A stretch of DNA of 64,000 bases from NCBI GenBank assembly GCA_965215605.1, contig OZ244070.1:3392001-3456000 (forward strand), written 5' to 3'. The position numbers were made by a program, and so were the translations under genes. This stretch comes from an uncultured Candidatus Binatia bacterium (GTDB lineage: Bacteria; Desulfobacterota; Binatia; UBA9968; JAJDTQ01). The notes below the pieces were generated by a model. That model was not told where the DNA came from. It ran no database searches and saw nothing but the letters and a program-made list of their open reading frames with translations. Each line of letters starts with the position of its first letter. Position 1 is the first letter of the stretch. Below, one piece after another: positions 46,257 to 55,859 of the stretch.

Positions 46257-47465
46257 GTGGAGAAGCCGAACATCGTCCTGGGAGTGACCGGGGGAATCGC
46301 CTGCTACAAGGCCCTGGAGTTGGTAAGGCTCCTGGTCCAGGACTCCTGCGCCGTCCGGGTGGTGATGACCCGCGGGGCCGCCGAGTTCGTCACCCCGCTA
46401 AGTTTCCAGACCCTCTCCGGTTCGCCGGTGGCCACCGATCTGTTCAGCCTCACCCAGGAGTCCGAGATCGGCCACATCAACCTCGCGGACAGCGCCGACC
46501 TTTTGGTGATCGCCCCGGCCACGGCCAACGTCATCGCCAAGCTCGCCGCCGGAATCGCCGACGACCTCCTCACCACCGTGGTGCTCGCCGCCCAGGCGCC
46601 CTTGCTGGTGGTCCCGTCCATGAACGTGCACATGCTGGCCCACCCGTTGGTGCAGGCCAACCTCGCAAAACTCAGGAACGCCGGTTGCCACGTCATGGAG
46701 GCGGCCTCGGGTTATCTGGCCTGCGGCTACGAAGGCAAGGGTCGCCTGCCGGAACCCCAGGCCATCGTCCAGGAGATCCGCCGGCTGCTCAGGCCGAAGG
46801 ATCTCAAGGGGGAAAGGATCGTCGTCACGGCCGGACCCAGCCGGGAGCCGCTGGATCCGGTGCGTTTCTTCTCCAACCGGTCGTCGGGCAAGATGGGATA
46901 CGCTCTGGCCAGGGCGGCCGCCCGGCGCGGCGCCCAAGTGACGCTGGTCAGCGGCCCCACCGCGTTGGCCGCTCCCGAGGGCGTCAGGACGGTGCCCGTG
47001 GTGACGGCCGAGGAGATGCGGGAGGCCGTGCTGGCCGAGTTCGACTCGGCGACGGCGGTCTTCATGGCGGCCGCGGTGGCCGACTACCGTCCGCGTTCCG
47101 TTTCCGCCGGCAAGATGAAGCGAAACGGCGGCGCCATCCGCCTCGAGCTCGTCCCCAACCCGGATATCGTCGCGGAGCTGGGCGCCCGGAAACGGCGGCA
47201 GATCGTGGTGGGGTTTGCCGCGGAGACCGAGTCCCTGGTGGAGAACGCCCGCGCCAAGCTGCACCGGAAGAACCTCGATCTCCTGGTGGCCAACGACGTC
47301 ACCCAGGAAGGCAGCGGCTTCGACGTGGACACCAACGCCGTCACCCTGCTGGACCGGGACGGCACGGTCACGCCGCTGCCGGTGATGAGCAAGGACGCCG
47401 TCGCCGACCGCATTCACGACTGGTTCCTCCAATACAAGCATCAATCCCGACGCCGCGGCGCCTGA
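46257..47465 (+). CDS. coaBC: Phosphopantothenoylcysteine decarboxylase/ligase
   Basis: GVTGGIACYK, APATAN, PSMN, LACG..G.GR, DPVRF..NRSSGKMG, GFAAET. Confidence 0.96.
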   Translation: MEKPNIVLGVTGGIACYKALELVRLLVQDSCAVRVVMTRGAAEFVTPLSFQTLSGSPVATDLFSLTQESEIGHINLADSADLLVIAPATANVIAKLAAGIADDLLTTVVLAAQAPLLVVPSMNVHMLAHPLVQANLAKLRNAGCHVMEAASGYLACGYEGKGRLPEPQAIVQEIRRLLRPKDLKGERIVVTAGPSREPLDPVRFFSNRSSGKMGYALARAAARRGAQVTLVSGPTALAAPEGVRTVPVVTAEEMREAVLAEFDSATAVFMAAAVADYRPRSVSAGKMKRNGGAIRLELVPNPDIVAELGARKRRQIVVGFAAETESLVENARAKLHRKNLDLLVANDVTQEGSGFDVDTNAVTLLDRDGTVTPLPVMSKDAVADRIHDWFLQYKHQSRRRGA

Positions 47466-47483
47466 CCGCCGACCTCCGGAATC

Positions 47484-47573
47484 GTCATTCCCGCGAAAGT
47501 GAGTATCCAGGAAGGGCGGAGCGGGGCAACCGGCTGTGCGCTCCACCGCCCTTGGTTCCCGCTTTCACGGGAA
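47484..47573. repeat. Degenerate paired REP-like element
   Basis: GTCATTCCCGCGAAAGTGAGTATCCAG ... GGTTCCCGCTTTCACGGGAA inverted pair after coaBC. Confidence 0.6.
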
Positions 47574-47774
47574 GGGTGCGGGAATGCCGTATGCGTAGCC
47601 TCCGTGCCTCGCGAGTCTTGACACAGCCTGTTCGGCGGGGAGACGTGGAGGGTCTCATTGCGGCGCGGGCTCCGGGCACGGGTGTGAAACGACTGCCCGG
47701 TCCCGCAAGTAGCGTTGCCATGCCCCCGGTATTGTCGTAAACAGAAATCAGGCGCCCAACAAAAGCAGTTATAG

Positions 47775-48515
47775 ATGACCGAAATGGACAGACTCGGGCT
47801 ACAACAGCATTTGGCGGTTGCGACGACGTCTCTCCGGAGTTGCCTGGAGCAATATCAGGCCGCGGGGATTCAGGTGCTGCCTGCACCTGCGGGTGTCGCT
47901 GCCGATGTTCCAGGTCGGGTATCCCCCATCGAAGAAGCCGGGCCCGGGGCGGCCGCGGACCTCCGGCAGCTTCGGGAGAACCTGGGCGACTGCCGTCGTT
48001 GCGGGCTTTCGGAGGGGCGTACCAACATAGTCTACGGCGTGGGCAACCCGAACGCCGACGTCATGTTCGTCGGAGAGGGGCCGGGGGCGGAGGAGGACCG
48101 GCAGGGAGAGCCATTCGTGGGACGCGCCGGACAGTTGCTCACCGACATCATCACCAAGGGCATGAGGCTGCGGCGCGAGGACGTCTATATCGCCAACGTG
48201 GTCAAGTGCCGTCCGCCCGGCAACCGCGACCCCGAGCCCGACGAGGTTGCCTCGTGCGAGCCGTTCCTGATCCGGCAGATCGAGCTGGTGAAGCCGCGGG
48301 TGATCGTCGCGCTGGGGCGGTTCGCGGCGCAGACGCTGTTGCGGTCCAACACGCCGGTTTCCCGGCTGCGCGGCCAATGGCGCGACTACCACGGCATCCC
48401 GCTGATGCCGACCTTCCATCCCGCCTATCTGCTGCGGAACCCGGCGGACAAGCGGTTGGTGTGGGAAGACATCAAGAGCGTCCTGGGGGAGCTCGGGACG
48501 GCGGCGCCCGGATGA
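47775..48515 (+). CDS. Uracil-DNA glycosylase family 4
   Basis: [35 protein letters not shown]. Confidence 0.93.
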   Translation: MTEMDRLGLQQHLAVATTSLRSCLEQYQAAGIQVLPAPAGVAADVPGRVSPIEEAGPGAAADLRQLRENLGDCRRCGLSEGRTNIVYGVGNPNADVMFVGEGPGAEEDRQGEPFVGRAGQLLTDIITKGMRLRREDVYIANVVKCRPPGNRDPEPDEVASCEPFLIRQIELVKPRVIVALGRFAAQTLLRSNTPVSRLRGQWRDYHGIPLMPTFHPAYLLRNPADKRLVWEDIKSVLGELGTAAPG

Positions 48516-49837
48516 CGGGTACGCGGTCCGGATCGAGGGTGTGGGGGATGCTGCTCCTCCTGGGGTTCGCCTGGGCCGCCGTAAGCGCGGGCGGCGCCAC
48601 CCCAGAGCCGGCCCCCGGTTCCCACGTGAACCTCATCGTCATCGACGGCGGCATCAATCCGGCGGTCAACGACTACATCCGCGAGAGCATCCAGCGCGCC
48701 CACGCGGGCAATGCCCGGGCGCTCATCATCCAGCTCGACACGCCTGGCGGACTGCTCTCCTCCACCCGCTCCATCGTCAAGGAGATGCTGAGCGCGCCGC
48801 TGCCCGTCATCGTCTACGTGGCGCCCAGCGGGGCCGGGGCGGGCTCGGCCGGCGTGTTCATCACCATGGCCGCCAACATCGCGGCGATGGCTCCCGGCAC
48901 CAACATCGGCGCGGCCCATCCGGTGGCGGGCGGAGGCCAGGAAGTCAAGGGCGTCATGGGCGAGAAGATCGAGAACTTCACCGCCTCGTTCAGCGAGACC
49001 ATCGCCCAGAGGCGCGGCCGCAACACCGAATTTGCCATCCAGGCCGTGCGCCGGAGCATATCCATCACGGATACGGAGGCGCTGGAGAAGCGTGTCATCG
49101 ACATCATCGCCACGGACGTGAGCGATCTGCTCAAGCAGGCCAGCGGACGCGAGGCGGACGTGGGCGGCGTCAAGCGCACCCTCGATTTCAACGGCGTATC
49201 CGTTCTGCGTTTCGAGATGGGTCTGAAGCAGAAGGTCATCAACATCATCGCACACCCCAACGTCGCCTACCTGCTGATGATGGCGGGCATCCTCGGCCTG
49301 TACATGGAGTTCTCGAACCCCGGCGCGCTGTTCCCGGGCATTGCCGGCGGCATCGCGCTGTTGCTGGCGCTGGCCTCCTTCCAGGTCCTGCCCATCAACT
49401 ACGCGGGCCTGTTGCTGATCGGTCTGGGGATCTGTCTGCTGGTGGCCGAGGCGTTCATTCCGAGCTTCGGGCTGCTGGGCATCGGCGGCGTGGTGTCCCT
49501 CGCGCTCGGCTCCCTTCTGCTGTTCGACGTGGAGGGGTCGGATCTGTCGGTGGACCGCGGCATCGTGTTCGCGGCCGTGGGCACCCTGAGCGTGTTCGTG
49601 CTGGCGGTGAGCTTCCTGGTGGTCAAGTCCCAGCGACGGAAGGCCACCCTGGGGTTCGAGGGGCTTGTGGGCGAGGTCGGCGAGGTCCGGGAGCGCCTGG
49701 ACCTCAAGGGCAAGGTGTTCGTTCACGGCGAGGTCTGGAACGCCGAGGGGCGGGAGCGGCTGGAGCCCGGGGACAGGATAGAGGTCGTCGGATACGACGG
49801 GATGAGACTCAAGGTCAAACGCGCCGGGGAGAGCTGA
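48512..49837 (+). CDS. nfeD: NfeD family membrane-bound serine protease (long form)
   Basis: LDTPGG, GSAG, APGTNIGAAHP, TM region, C-terminal GKVFVHGEVW OB domain. Confidence 0.9.
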   Translation: MTGTRSGSRVWGMLLLLGFAWAAVSAGGATPEPAPGSHVNLIVIDGGINPAVNDYIRESIQRAHAGNARALIIQLDTPGGLLSSTRSIVKEMLSAPLPVIVYVAPSGAGAGSAGVFITMAANIAAMAPGTNIGAAHPVAGGGQEVKGVMGEKIENFTASFSETIAQRRGRNTEFAIQAVRRSISITDTEALEKRVIDIIATDVSDLLKQASGREADVGGVKRTLDFNGVSVLRFEMGLKQKVINIIAHPNVAYLLMMAGILGLYMEFSNPGALFPGIAGGIALLLALASFQVLPINYAGLLLIGLGICLLVAEAFIPSFGLLGIGGVVSLALGSLLLFDVEGSDLSVDRGIVFAAVGTLSVFVLAVSFLVVKSQRRKATLGFEGLVGEVGEVRERLDLKGKVFVHGEVWNAEGRERLEPGDRIEVVGYDGMRLKVKRAGES

Positions 49838-49858
49838 CGGGAGGCGCAGGAGAAACGG

Positions 49859-50623
49859 ATGTTGGAAATCGGACCCATTGCCATCGTGCTGATCATTGTC
49901 CTCGGGTTGGCCGTCAGCGGCATCAAGATCCTCAAGGAGTACGAACGCGGCGTCATCTTCCGCCTGGGGCGGATGGTCGCCTCCCGCGGTCCGGGGCTCA
50001 TCTACGTGATTCCCTTCATCGAAAAGATGGAGCGGATCGAGCTCAGGACCGTCACCATGGACGTGCCCTCCCAGGACGTCATCACGCGGGACAACGTATC
50101 GGTGAAGGTCAATGCGGTGCTCTATTTCCGGGTGCTCGATCCCAACCGGGCCATCCGGGAGGTGGCCAACTACCTGTTCGCCACGTCGCAACTGGCTCAG
50201 GTGACGTTGAGGAGCATATGCGGCCAGGCGGAGCTGGACCAGCTCCTGTCGGAACGGGACCGCATCAACGCCGACATCCAGAAGATCCTCGACGAGCAGA
50301 CCGACCCTTGGGGAATCAAGGTGGTGCTGACCGAGCTCAAGCACATCGATCTCCCCGAGGAGATGCAACGCGCCATGGCCCGGCAAGCCGAGGCCGAACG
50401 GGAACGGCGGGCGAAGGTCATCCTGGCCGACGGCGAGTACCAGGCCTCCCAGAAGCTGCAGGATGCCGCCGCGGTCATCGCCAAGGAGCCCATGGCCATG
50501 CAGCTCCGGTTCCTGCAAAGCCTGCAGGAGGTGGCCGGCGACAAGAACTCCACGCTGGTCTTTCCGGTGCCGATAGACCTGCTGACACCCTTCTTGAAGA
50601 AGGTGGGCGAAAACGACACCTAG
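49859..50623 (+). CDS. Slipin / stomatin-like SPFH protein
   Basis: [37 protein letters not shown]. Confidence 0.94.
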   Translation: MLEIGPIAIVLIIVLGLAVSGIKILKEYERGVIFRLGRMVASRGPGLIYVIPFIEKMERIELRTVTMDVPSQDVITRDNVSVKVNAVLYFRVLDPNRAIREVANYLFATSQLAQVTLRSICGQAELDQLLSERDRINADIQKILDEQTDPWGIKVVLTELKHIDLPEEMQRAMARQAEAERERRAKVILADGEYQASQKLQDAAAVIAKEPMAMQLRFLQSLQEVAGDKNSTLVFPVPIDLLTPFLKKVGENDT

Positions 50624-50687
50624 CAACGGAACCTGGGCGGCCGGCGTAGCCTTGCCCGGCCGCCGCCCCGATCTCCCGCCTTGAGCC

Positions 50688-51725
50688 ATGCTCCTGGAAG
50701 AACTGGCCTACGATCTTCCTGAATCGCTGATCTCCGCGTACCCGCCGGAAGACCGGGCTTCGGCCCGTTTGATGGTGGTGGACCGGGGGTCGGGGAGCCT
50801 CATCCATTCCCGGTTCGCCTCCCTGGGGGAGTTCCTGTCGCCGGGAGACGTGCTGGTGCTCAACAACTCCAGGGTGATCCCGGCGCGCCTCGAAGGCCGC
50901 AAGGAGAGCGGCGGCCGGGCCACGGTGCTGCTGGTGGAGCCCTTCGACGTCGGGCGCGGGCTTTGGCTGGCGCTGGTGGACGCGGCCAAGAAGCCGCGGG
51001 CAGGCGGGCGCATCCTGTTTGCCCAAGGGGTGGCGGCCACCGTAATGGGTGACCTCGGGACGGGACGGTACGGCCTTCGGTTCGATCCCCCGGAGCGCTT
51101 CCGGGAGGTGCTCGACGCGCTTGGGACGCCGCCGCTGCCCCACTACATCGAACGGCTCCGCGGCGTCGAGGAAAGCGACCGGGACCGTTATCAGACGGTC
51201 TACGCCTCCATGCCGGGTTCGGTGGCCGCGCCCACTGCAGGCCTCCATTTTACGAAGCCGCTGTTGGCGCGGTTGGCGGCGCACGGGGTGGACAGCGTCC
51301 ACGTCACGCTGCACGTCGGCCTCGGCACTTTCCGGCCGGTACGGGAAAGGGTGGTGGAGAATCACCGCATGGACGGCGAATGGTACACGTTGACCGAGGC
51401 CACGGCCGCGCGAATCCGTCGGGCTCGCACGGAAGGACGGCGGGTGGTGGCGGTGGGCTCCACCACCACCCGCACTCTGGAGAGCATCGTCCGGCGCAAG
51501 GGCAGGGTGGCGGCCGACTCCGGTATCACCCGCCTGTTCATCACCGACGGCTACCGGTTCCAGGGCATCGACGCCCTCGTTACCAACTTCCACCTGCCGC
51601 GTTCCACGCCGCTGGCCATGGTGGCGGCGCTGGCCGGAACGGAGTTGGTGCGGCGCGCCTACACCGAGGCCATCGAGCAGGGCTACCGGTTCTACAGCTA
51701 CGGCGACGCCATGCTTATTCTATAG
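50688..51725 (+). CDS. queA: S-adenosylmethionine:tRNA ribosyltransferase-isomerase
   Basis: [39 protein letters not shown]. Confidence 0.96.
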   Translation: MLLEELAYDLPESLISAYPPEDRASARLMVVDRGSGSLIHSRFASLGEFLSPGDVLVLNNSRVIPARLEGRKESGGRATVLLVEPFDVGRGLWLALVDAAKKPRAGGRILFAQGVAATVMGDLGTGRYGLRFDPPERFREVLDALGTPPLPHYIERLRGVEESDRDRYQTVYASMPGSVAAPTAGLHFTKPLLARLAAHGVDSVHVTLHVGLGTFRPVRERVVENHRMDGEWYTLTEATAARIRRARTEGRRVVAVGSTTTRTLESIVRRKGRVAADSGITRLFITDGYRFQGIDALVTNFHLPRSTPLAMVAALAGTELVRRAYTEAIEQGYRFYSYGDAMLIL

Positions 51726-51768
51726 GCACGCACCGTCCGTCGACTCCGCTCACGACCGTATCATCGCC

Positions 51769-52881
51769 ATGAAATTCACGGTTACCGACAACGACCCGGG
51801 AAGCCGGGGCAGGACAGGGCTGCTGGCAACCGCCCACGGCGTGGTGGAGACTCCGGCATTCATGCCGGTGGGGACCCGGGGCGCGGTGAAGGCGTTGTCG
51901 CCCCGGGACCTGCTGGAGGTCTCGAGCCAGATCGTGCTCTGCAACACCTACCACCTGTACCTGCGGCCCGGGGAGGAGGTGGTCCGCGACCTCGGCGGCT
52001 TGCACGCCTTCATGGGGTGGGAGCGGCCGATCCTCACCGACAGCGGCGGCTACCAGGTGCTGAGCCTGGCGTCCATGCGCAGGATCACCGAGGAGGGGGT
52101 CGCCTTCCGCTCCCATCTGGACGGCTCGTCGCATTTCCTGAGTCCCGAGAAGGTGGTCGGCATCCAGCAGGCGCTGGGCGTGGACGTGGCCATGGTGCTG
52201 GACGAGTGCATCCCGTACCCGGCGGACCGGGAGTACGTCAGGAAATCGACGGACCGGACCGTGCGCTGGGCCCGGCGGTCGCTGGATGCGCCCCGGAACC
52301 GTGACAGCGCGTTGTTCGGGATCGTCCAGGGAGGCGTCTTCAAGGACCTGCGGGAAGACTGTGTTTCCCGCCTGCGGGACCTCCCCTTCGACGGCTTCGC
52401 CGCCGGCGGGTTGGGCATCGGCGAGGGGCCGGCGCTGTTGGCGGAGATCGGGAGCTTCACCGCCGGGCTGTTGCCGGAGGACCGCCCGCGCTACCTCATG
52501 GGGCTGGGAAAGCCCGAAGACTTGATTCATGGGGTGCGGTCCGGCTATGATCTGTTCGATTGCGTTCTGCCGACGAGGAATGCCAGGAACGGCACGTTAT
52601 ACACCGCCACCGGGAAGCTCAGCATCAAGAACGCGGCCTTCGCCAGGGACCCGCGTCCCGTGGACGAAGCCTGCCCGTGCTACGGTTGCCGGCATTTTTC
52701 GCGTGCCTATCTTCGCCACCTCTACGTGGCCGGCGAAATCCTGGCGGCCTATCTGAACACGCTGCACAACGTCTGCTACTATCAACGGTTGATGGCGGAG
52801 TTGCGCGGGGCCATTCGGAATCGGTCGAGCCTGGACAACGTCGCGGGCGGGGTGTGGAACCTCCCCGAGGCGGCCGGTTGA
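51769..52881 (+). CDS. tgt: tRNA-guanine transglycosylase
   Basis: [43 protein letters not shown], CxCxxC..H zinc site. Confidence 0.96.
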   Translation: MKFTVTDNDPGSRGRTGLLATAHGVVETPAFMPVGTRGAVKALSPRDLLEVSSQIVLCNTYHLYLRPGEEVVRDLGGLHAFMGWERPILTDSGGYQVLSLASMRRITEEGVAFRSHLDGSSHFLSPEKVVGIQQALGVDVAMVLDECIPYPADREYVRKSTDRTVRWARRSLDAPRNRDSALFGIVQGGVFKDLREDCVSRLRDLPFDGFAAGGLGIGEGPALLAEIGSFTAGLLPEDRPRYLMGLGKPEDLIHGVRSGYDLFDCVLPTRNARNGTLYTATGKLSIKNAAFARDPRPVDEACPCYGCRHFSRAYLRHLYVAGEILAAYLNTLHNVCYYQRLMAELRGAIRNRSSLDNVAGGVWNLPEAAG

Positions 52882-52958
52882 GACCGCGCGGCGCACGACC
52901 CTCGGCAGGGGTGGAACGTCGGTTACCGGCACACTGAAGTAGTCTTGGAGGAGAGAAT

Positions 52959-53291
52959 ATGTGGGACGTAGCCTATGCGCAGGCCGGAGGAGGCCCCAGC
53001 ACCTTCATCAGCATGCTGCCTCTGGTGCTCATTTTCGCGGTCTTCTACTTTCTCCTGATCAGACCCCAGCAACGCAAGGCCAAGGAGCACCGGAACATGC
53101 TGACGCAGCTCAAGCGCAACGACGAGGTCATGACCACGGGCGGCGTGTTCGGCAAGATCCAGGCGCTGACGGAGACCGAGTTGACCCTGGAAGTGGCGCC
53201 CAACGTGAAGATCAGGGTGAGCCGGAGCCATATCGCCCAGCTCTTCCGAGGAGAAAAGGCGGCCGGGGCCAAGGAGGTCAAGGGAAAGTAG
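52959..53291 (+). CDS. yajC: Preprotein translocase subunit YajC
   Basis: FYFLLIRPQ, DEV.T.GG; tgt-yajC-secDF synteny. Confidence 0.94.
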   Translation: MWDVAYAQAGGGPSTFISMLPLVLIFAVFYFLLIRPQQRKAKEHRNMLTQLKRNDEVMTTGGVFGKIQALTETELTLEVAPNVKIRVSRSHIAQLFRGEKAAGAKEVKGK

Positions 53292-53315
53292 TCAAGGGAA
53301 GGTAGTCAAGGGAAA
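53277..53315. repeat. 14-bp tandem repeat, about 2.8 copies (GTCAAGGGAA(A/G)GTA)
   Basis: Spans the yajC stop codon and the secD RBS region. Confidence 0.75.
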
Positions 53316-53320
53316 CTGGC

Positions 53321-54907
53321 ATGCGTCAAAGCCTGGTCATTCGCCTGGTCCTGTTAGCGGTCTGCATGGTGGCGGCGGGGATCTATCTCGCCCCGAGCTT
53401 CGTGTCCGGCCTGTGGTTCCTGCCCGAGAACGGCATCCGTCTCGGTCTGGATCTTCAGGGCGGGTCCCACCTGGTGTTGGAAGTGGAGGTGGAGAAAGCG
53501 GTGGAGAACCGTATGCGGCGGGTGCGGACCGCGCTCCGCGACGAGTTGAGGGAGCGTGGCATCGCGTTCAAGAGTCTGGAAATCAGCAGCGCCGGGGAGC
53601 TGGCGGTCACGGCTTCCCAGGGCAGCATGGAGCGCATTCGCGAGCTGCTGACCGCGGAGTTCGCGCAGTTGGACGTGTCCGCTTCGAGCGCCGGCGCGGA
53701 CGGAACGGAGCTGCGGGCGGCGTTCGTGGCCCGGGAGCTCGAGGACATCCGTGACTTCGCGGTGGATCAGACGCTGGAGACCATCCGCAACCGTATCGAC
53801 CAGTTCGGGGTCACCGAGCCCACCATCCAGCGCCAGGGCCAGTACGATATACTCGTCCAACTACCCGGAATTCAGGATCCGGAGCGCGCCAAGGCGCTCA
53901 TCGGCAAGACCGCGCTGCTGGAGTTCAAGCTCGTGGACGAGCGCGGAGACGTGCAGGCGGCCGAACAGTCCGGCGCGCCGCCGGGGCGCGAGGTGCTGTA
54001 CGGTTACGAGGACGCCGCTTCCTCCGGGGTGCGCCGCGAGAAGATCCCCTACCTGTTGGAAGCGCGCACGTTGATGACCGGCGACGCCATTGCCGACGCC
54101 AACGTCCGCCGGGGCGATCAACTGGAGGGTCTGTACGTCGAGCTGGCGCTGAACTCCGTGGGCAGCACCGCCTTCGACCGCCTCACCGGAGAGAACGTCG
54201 GACGGCTGCTGGCCATCGTGCTGGACGGGCGGGTCTATTCCGCGCCGCAGATCCGCGAGCGGATCTCCGGCGGCGTGGCCTCCATCACCGGCAACTTCAG
54301 CTTCCAGGAGGCCCGGGACTTGGCCATCGTGCTCCGCGCGGGCGCGCTGCCCGCCCCGGTGAAGTTTCTGGAAGAGCGCACTGTCGGGCCGTCCCTGGGG
54401 CGCGACTCGGTGGAGAAGGGGATCTTTTCCTTCGTTCTCGGAAGCGTCCTGGTGCTCATCTTCATGATGGCCTACTACCGGGGCGCGGGGGTGTTGGCGG
54501 ATGTCGCGCTGGTTCTGAACATCTTCTTCATGATGGCGATTCTCGCGGGCTTCGAAGCAGTGCTTACGCTGCCCGGCATCGCCGGCATCATCCTGACCCT
54601 GGGCATGGCCGTGGATGCCAACGTGCTGATCAACGAACGCATTCGTGAAGAGGTGCGGAACGGGAAGTCGCCGCGATCCGCGGTGGATACCGGCTACGAA
54701 CGCGCCATTCCGGCCATCCTCGACTCGAACCTGACCACCTTTCTCGCCGGGGTCATCCTGTTCCAGTTCGGCACCGGCCCGATCCGCGGTTTCGCGGTCA
54801 CCCTGTGTGTCGGCATCCTGACGACGGTCATCTCCGCGGTGTACGGCACGCGTATCTACTACGACTACCGCCTGGCCAGGCGGAATCTGGTCAGGCTCTC
54901 CGTTTAG
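53321..54907 (+). CDS. secD: Protein translocase subunit SecD
   Basis: LGLDLQGG, RIDQFGVTEP, LRAGALPA, VGPSLG, GMAVDANVLINERI. Confidence 0.96.
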   Translation: MRQSLVIRLVLLAVCMVAAGIYLAPSFVSGLWFLPENGIRLGLDLQGGSHLVLEVEVEKAVENRMRRVRTALRDELRERGIAFKSLEISSAGELAVTASQGSMERIRELLTAEFAQLDVSASSAGADGTELRAAFVARELEDIRDFAVDQTLETIRNRIDQFGVTEPTIQRQGQYDILVQLPGIQDPERAKALIGKTALLEFKLVDERGDVQAAEQSGAPPGREVLYGYEDAASSGVRREKIPYLLEARTLMTGDAIADANVRRGDQLEGLYVELALNSVGSTAFDRLTGENVGRLLAIVLDGRVYSAPQIRERISGGVASITGNFSFQEARDLAIVLRAGALPAPVKFLEERTVGPSLGRDSVEKGIFSFVLGSVLVLIFMMAYYRGAGVLADVALVLNIFFMMAILAGFEAVLTLPGIAGIILTLGMAVDANVLINERIREEVRNGKSPRSAVDTGYERAIPAILDSNLTTFLAGVILFQFGTGPIRGFAVTLCVGILTTVISAVYGTRIYYDYRLARRNLVRLSV

Positions 54908-54947
54908 GAATCGGGACCCGGGTGTAGCGACACGGACGACGAAGATT

Positions 54948-55844
54948 ATGGAAATCATCAAGCCGGGAACCCAGATACCTTTCTTGAGCTATCGCCGATG
55001 GGGGTTCATCTTGTCGTCGGTGCTCATCGTGGGCGTGCTGCTGCTGTTGTTCACCAAGGGCCCGAATCTCGGAGTCGATTTCGAAGGCGGCACCATGGTC
55101 CACGTGAAGTTCGGGGACACGGTGGCCATCGGACAGTTGCGGACCGCCCTGGACCAGTCGCCGCTGGGCGGGGTGGTGCAGGATTTCGGCGGTGGCGGCG
55201 CCGGCGAGTATCTCATCCGCATGGAGAAGTCCGGCACCCAGATCGGCACCGTGGGCAGGGATATTCGCAACGTTCTCGACCGGGCCTTCGGCCAAGGTTC
55301 CTACGAGGTGCTGCGGGTAGAGTCGGTGGGCCCGAAGGTCGGGGACGACCTGCGCCGGCGGGGTATCCTTTCCGTCATTTTCGCCACCATCATGATGGGC
55401 GCGTATATCTGGATCCGGTTCGAGCTGCGTTTCGGGCTGGGCGCCATCGTCGCCCTGATCCACGATGTGCTGATCACGCTGGGGGCGCTCGTGGTTGCCG
55501 ATTTCGAACTGGACCTTCCCATCGTGGCCGCGCTGTTGACCATCGCCGGCTACTCGGTCAACGACACGGTGGTGATCTGCGACCGTATCCGCGAGAACAT
55601 GCGCAAGTACCGGCGCGACCCCATGGAAAAGATCATCAACACGAGCATCAACGAGACCCTAGGCCGGACCATCCTCACCACGGTGACGACGCTGTTGGTG
55701 CTGACGGCACTTCTGGTCCTGGGCGGCGGCGTGATACGGCCCTTCGCCTTCACGCTCTTCGTCGGCTTCCTGGCGGGCCTCTACTCCACCATCTTCGTAG
55801 CCACTCCCACGATCCTCTTCTTCGAGAAAGGCCGAAGGCGATAG
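54948..55844 (+). CDS. secF: Protein translocase subunit SecF
   Basis: GVDFEGG, VGPKVG, GYSVNDTVVICDRIRE, TLGRT. Confidence 0.96.
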   Translation: MEIIKPGTQIPFLSYRRWGFILSSVLIVGVLLLLFTKGPNLGVDFEGGTMVHVKFGDTVAIGQLRTALDQSPLGGVVQDFGGGGAGEYLIRMEKSGTQIGTVGRDIRNVLDRAFGQGSYEVLRVESVGPKVGDDLRRRGILSVIFATIMMGAYIWIRFELRFGLGAIVALIHDVLITLGALVVADFELDLPIVAALLTIAGYSVNDTVVICDRIRENMRKYRRDPMEKIINTSINETLGRTILTTVTTLLVLTALLVLGGGVIRPFAFTLFVGFLAGLYSTIFVATPTILFFEKGRRR

Positions 55845-55859
55845 CGCCGGCCGCGTACG

